IMG/VR virus record: IMGVR_UViG_3300025418_000694
Coordinates: 31,818 to 95,817 of that record
Source of the DNA: a virus
Reading direction: 5' to 3' (one strand)
Length of the DNA stretch: 64,000 bases
The notes beneath the pieces are model-generated. The model saw only the letters and a program-made list of their open reading frames with translations, ran no database searches and was not told where the DNA came from. Within the stretch, counting starts at the first letter, position 1, and every line of letters begins with the position of its first letter. The position numbers and the translations under genes were made by a program. Shown here piece by piece: positions 63,705 to 64,000 of this stretch.

Positions 63705-64000
63705 TAGAAAGTTATGCTCCCATTTCCAGTAAAGGTATAAATTCTATTACCGTTAAGATTTTGAACTGTTGGTGAACCTGATGTTGAAGATGCAAGAGCA
63801 TAAGTGTTTGAGTAGTAAATAACAGCAATACCTCCACCACCGTTACCTCCATTACCTCCAGCGCAACTACCGCCACACCAACCACCGCCACCACCACCAC
63901 TACCATACGAAGTTGCATTACCGCCTTGAACAGCAGAGGAATTTTGTGGGCCACCATTACCGCCACCACCAGTTCCACCATTACCACCACCACCGCCACC
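63704..64000 (-). CDS. glycine-rich fibre protein (C-terminal part, truncated by the window)
   Basis: Poly-Gly frame ending ...IYTFTGNGSITF at TAA 63704-63706. Confidence 0.7.
   Translation of the reverse strand, partial: GGGGGGNGGTGGGGNGGPQNSSAVQGGNATSYGSGGGGGGWCGGSCAGGNGGNGGGGIAVIYYSNTYALASSTSGSPTVQNLNGNRIYTFTGNGSITF

Noticed and set aside
63712-63999. Val-rich 95-aa ORF in the track
   Set aside because: Off-frame reading of the glycine-rich fibre gene
1-64000. tRNA genes, introns, inteins, integrase
   Set aside because: No cloverleaf seen in the intergenic gaps; nrdJ, polA, recA and dnaB have uninterrupted normal lengths; no recombinase motif found

Overview
This 64 kb window is part of a large tailed-phage (myovirus) genome whose host is very likely an actinobacterium: it carries WhiB, a SigH/SigR-like sigma factor, an MSMEG_6728-like glycosylase and leaderless genes. 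Layout: (i) 1-3.6 kb, minus strand, small basic and hypothetical genes. (ii) 3.65-16.2 kb, a plus-strand island of probable early genes starting with an ECF sigma factor, with a MoxR-AAA/vWA pair and many microproteins separated by repeated regulatory modules. (iii) 16.3-44.4 kb, minus strand, nucleotide metabolism, accessory and replication genes (class II RNR, an NTase/HAD/TGT-like trio, Hsp20, SpoVS, Ntn protease, RuvC, Cas4-like nuclease, WhiB, RecA, PolA, SSB, SNF2 helicase, dNMP kinase, primase, DnaB, DnaC-like loader, initiator). (iv) 44.4-64 kb, contractile tail, baseplate, neck and glycine-rich fibre genes. The strongest signal is a self-contained stress regulon. Eight exact GGAAT-N18-GTT (SigR/SigH-type) promoters lie in the plus-strand island, one in front of the sigma gene itself. 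Five of them are preceded, in fixed phase, by 11-bp-period arrays resembling MprA boxes (TCTCAG) and PHO boxes (GTTCACC). Other candidates are a ~180-nt structured RNA, an NTase-HAD-TGT-like operon with altered active sites, a +1 frameshift in the tail chaperone and an AUU start codon. All protein calls come from motif recognition by eye; no database searches were run.
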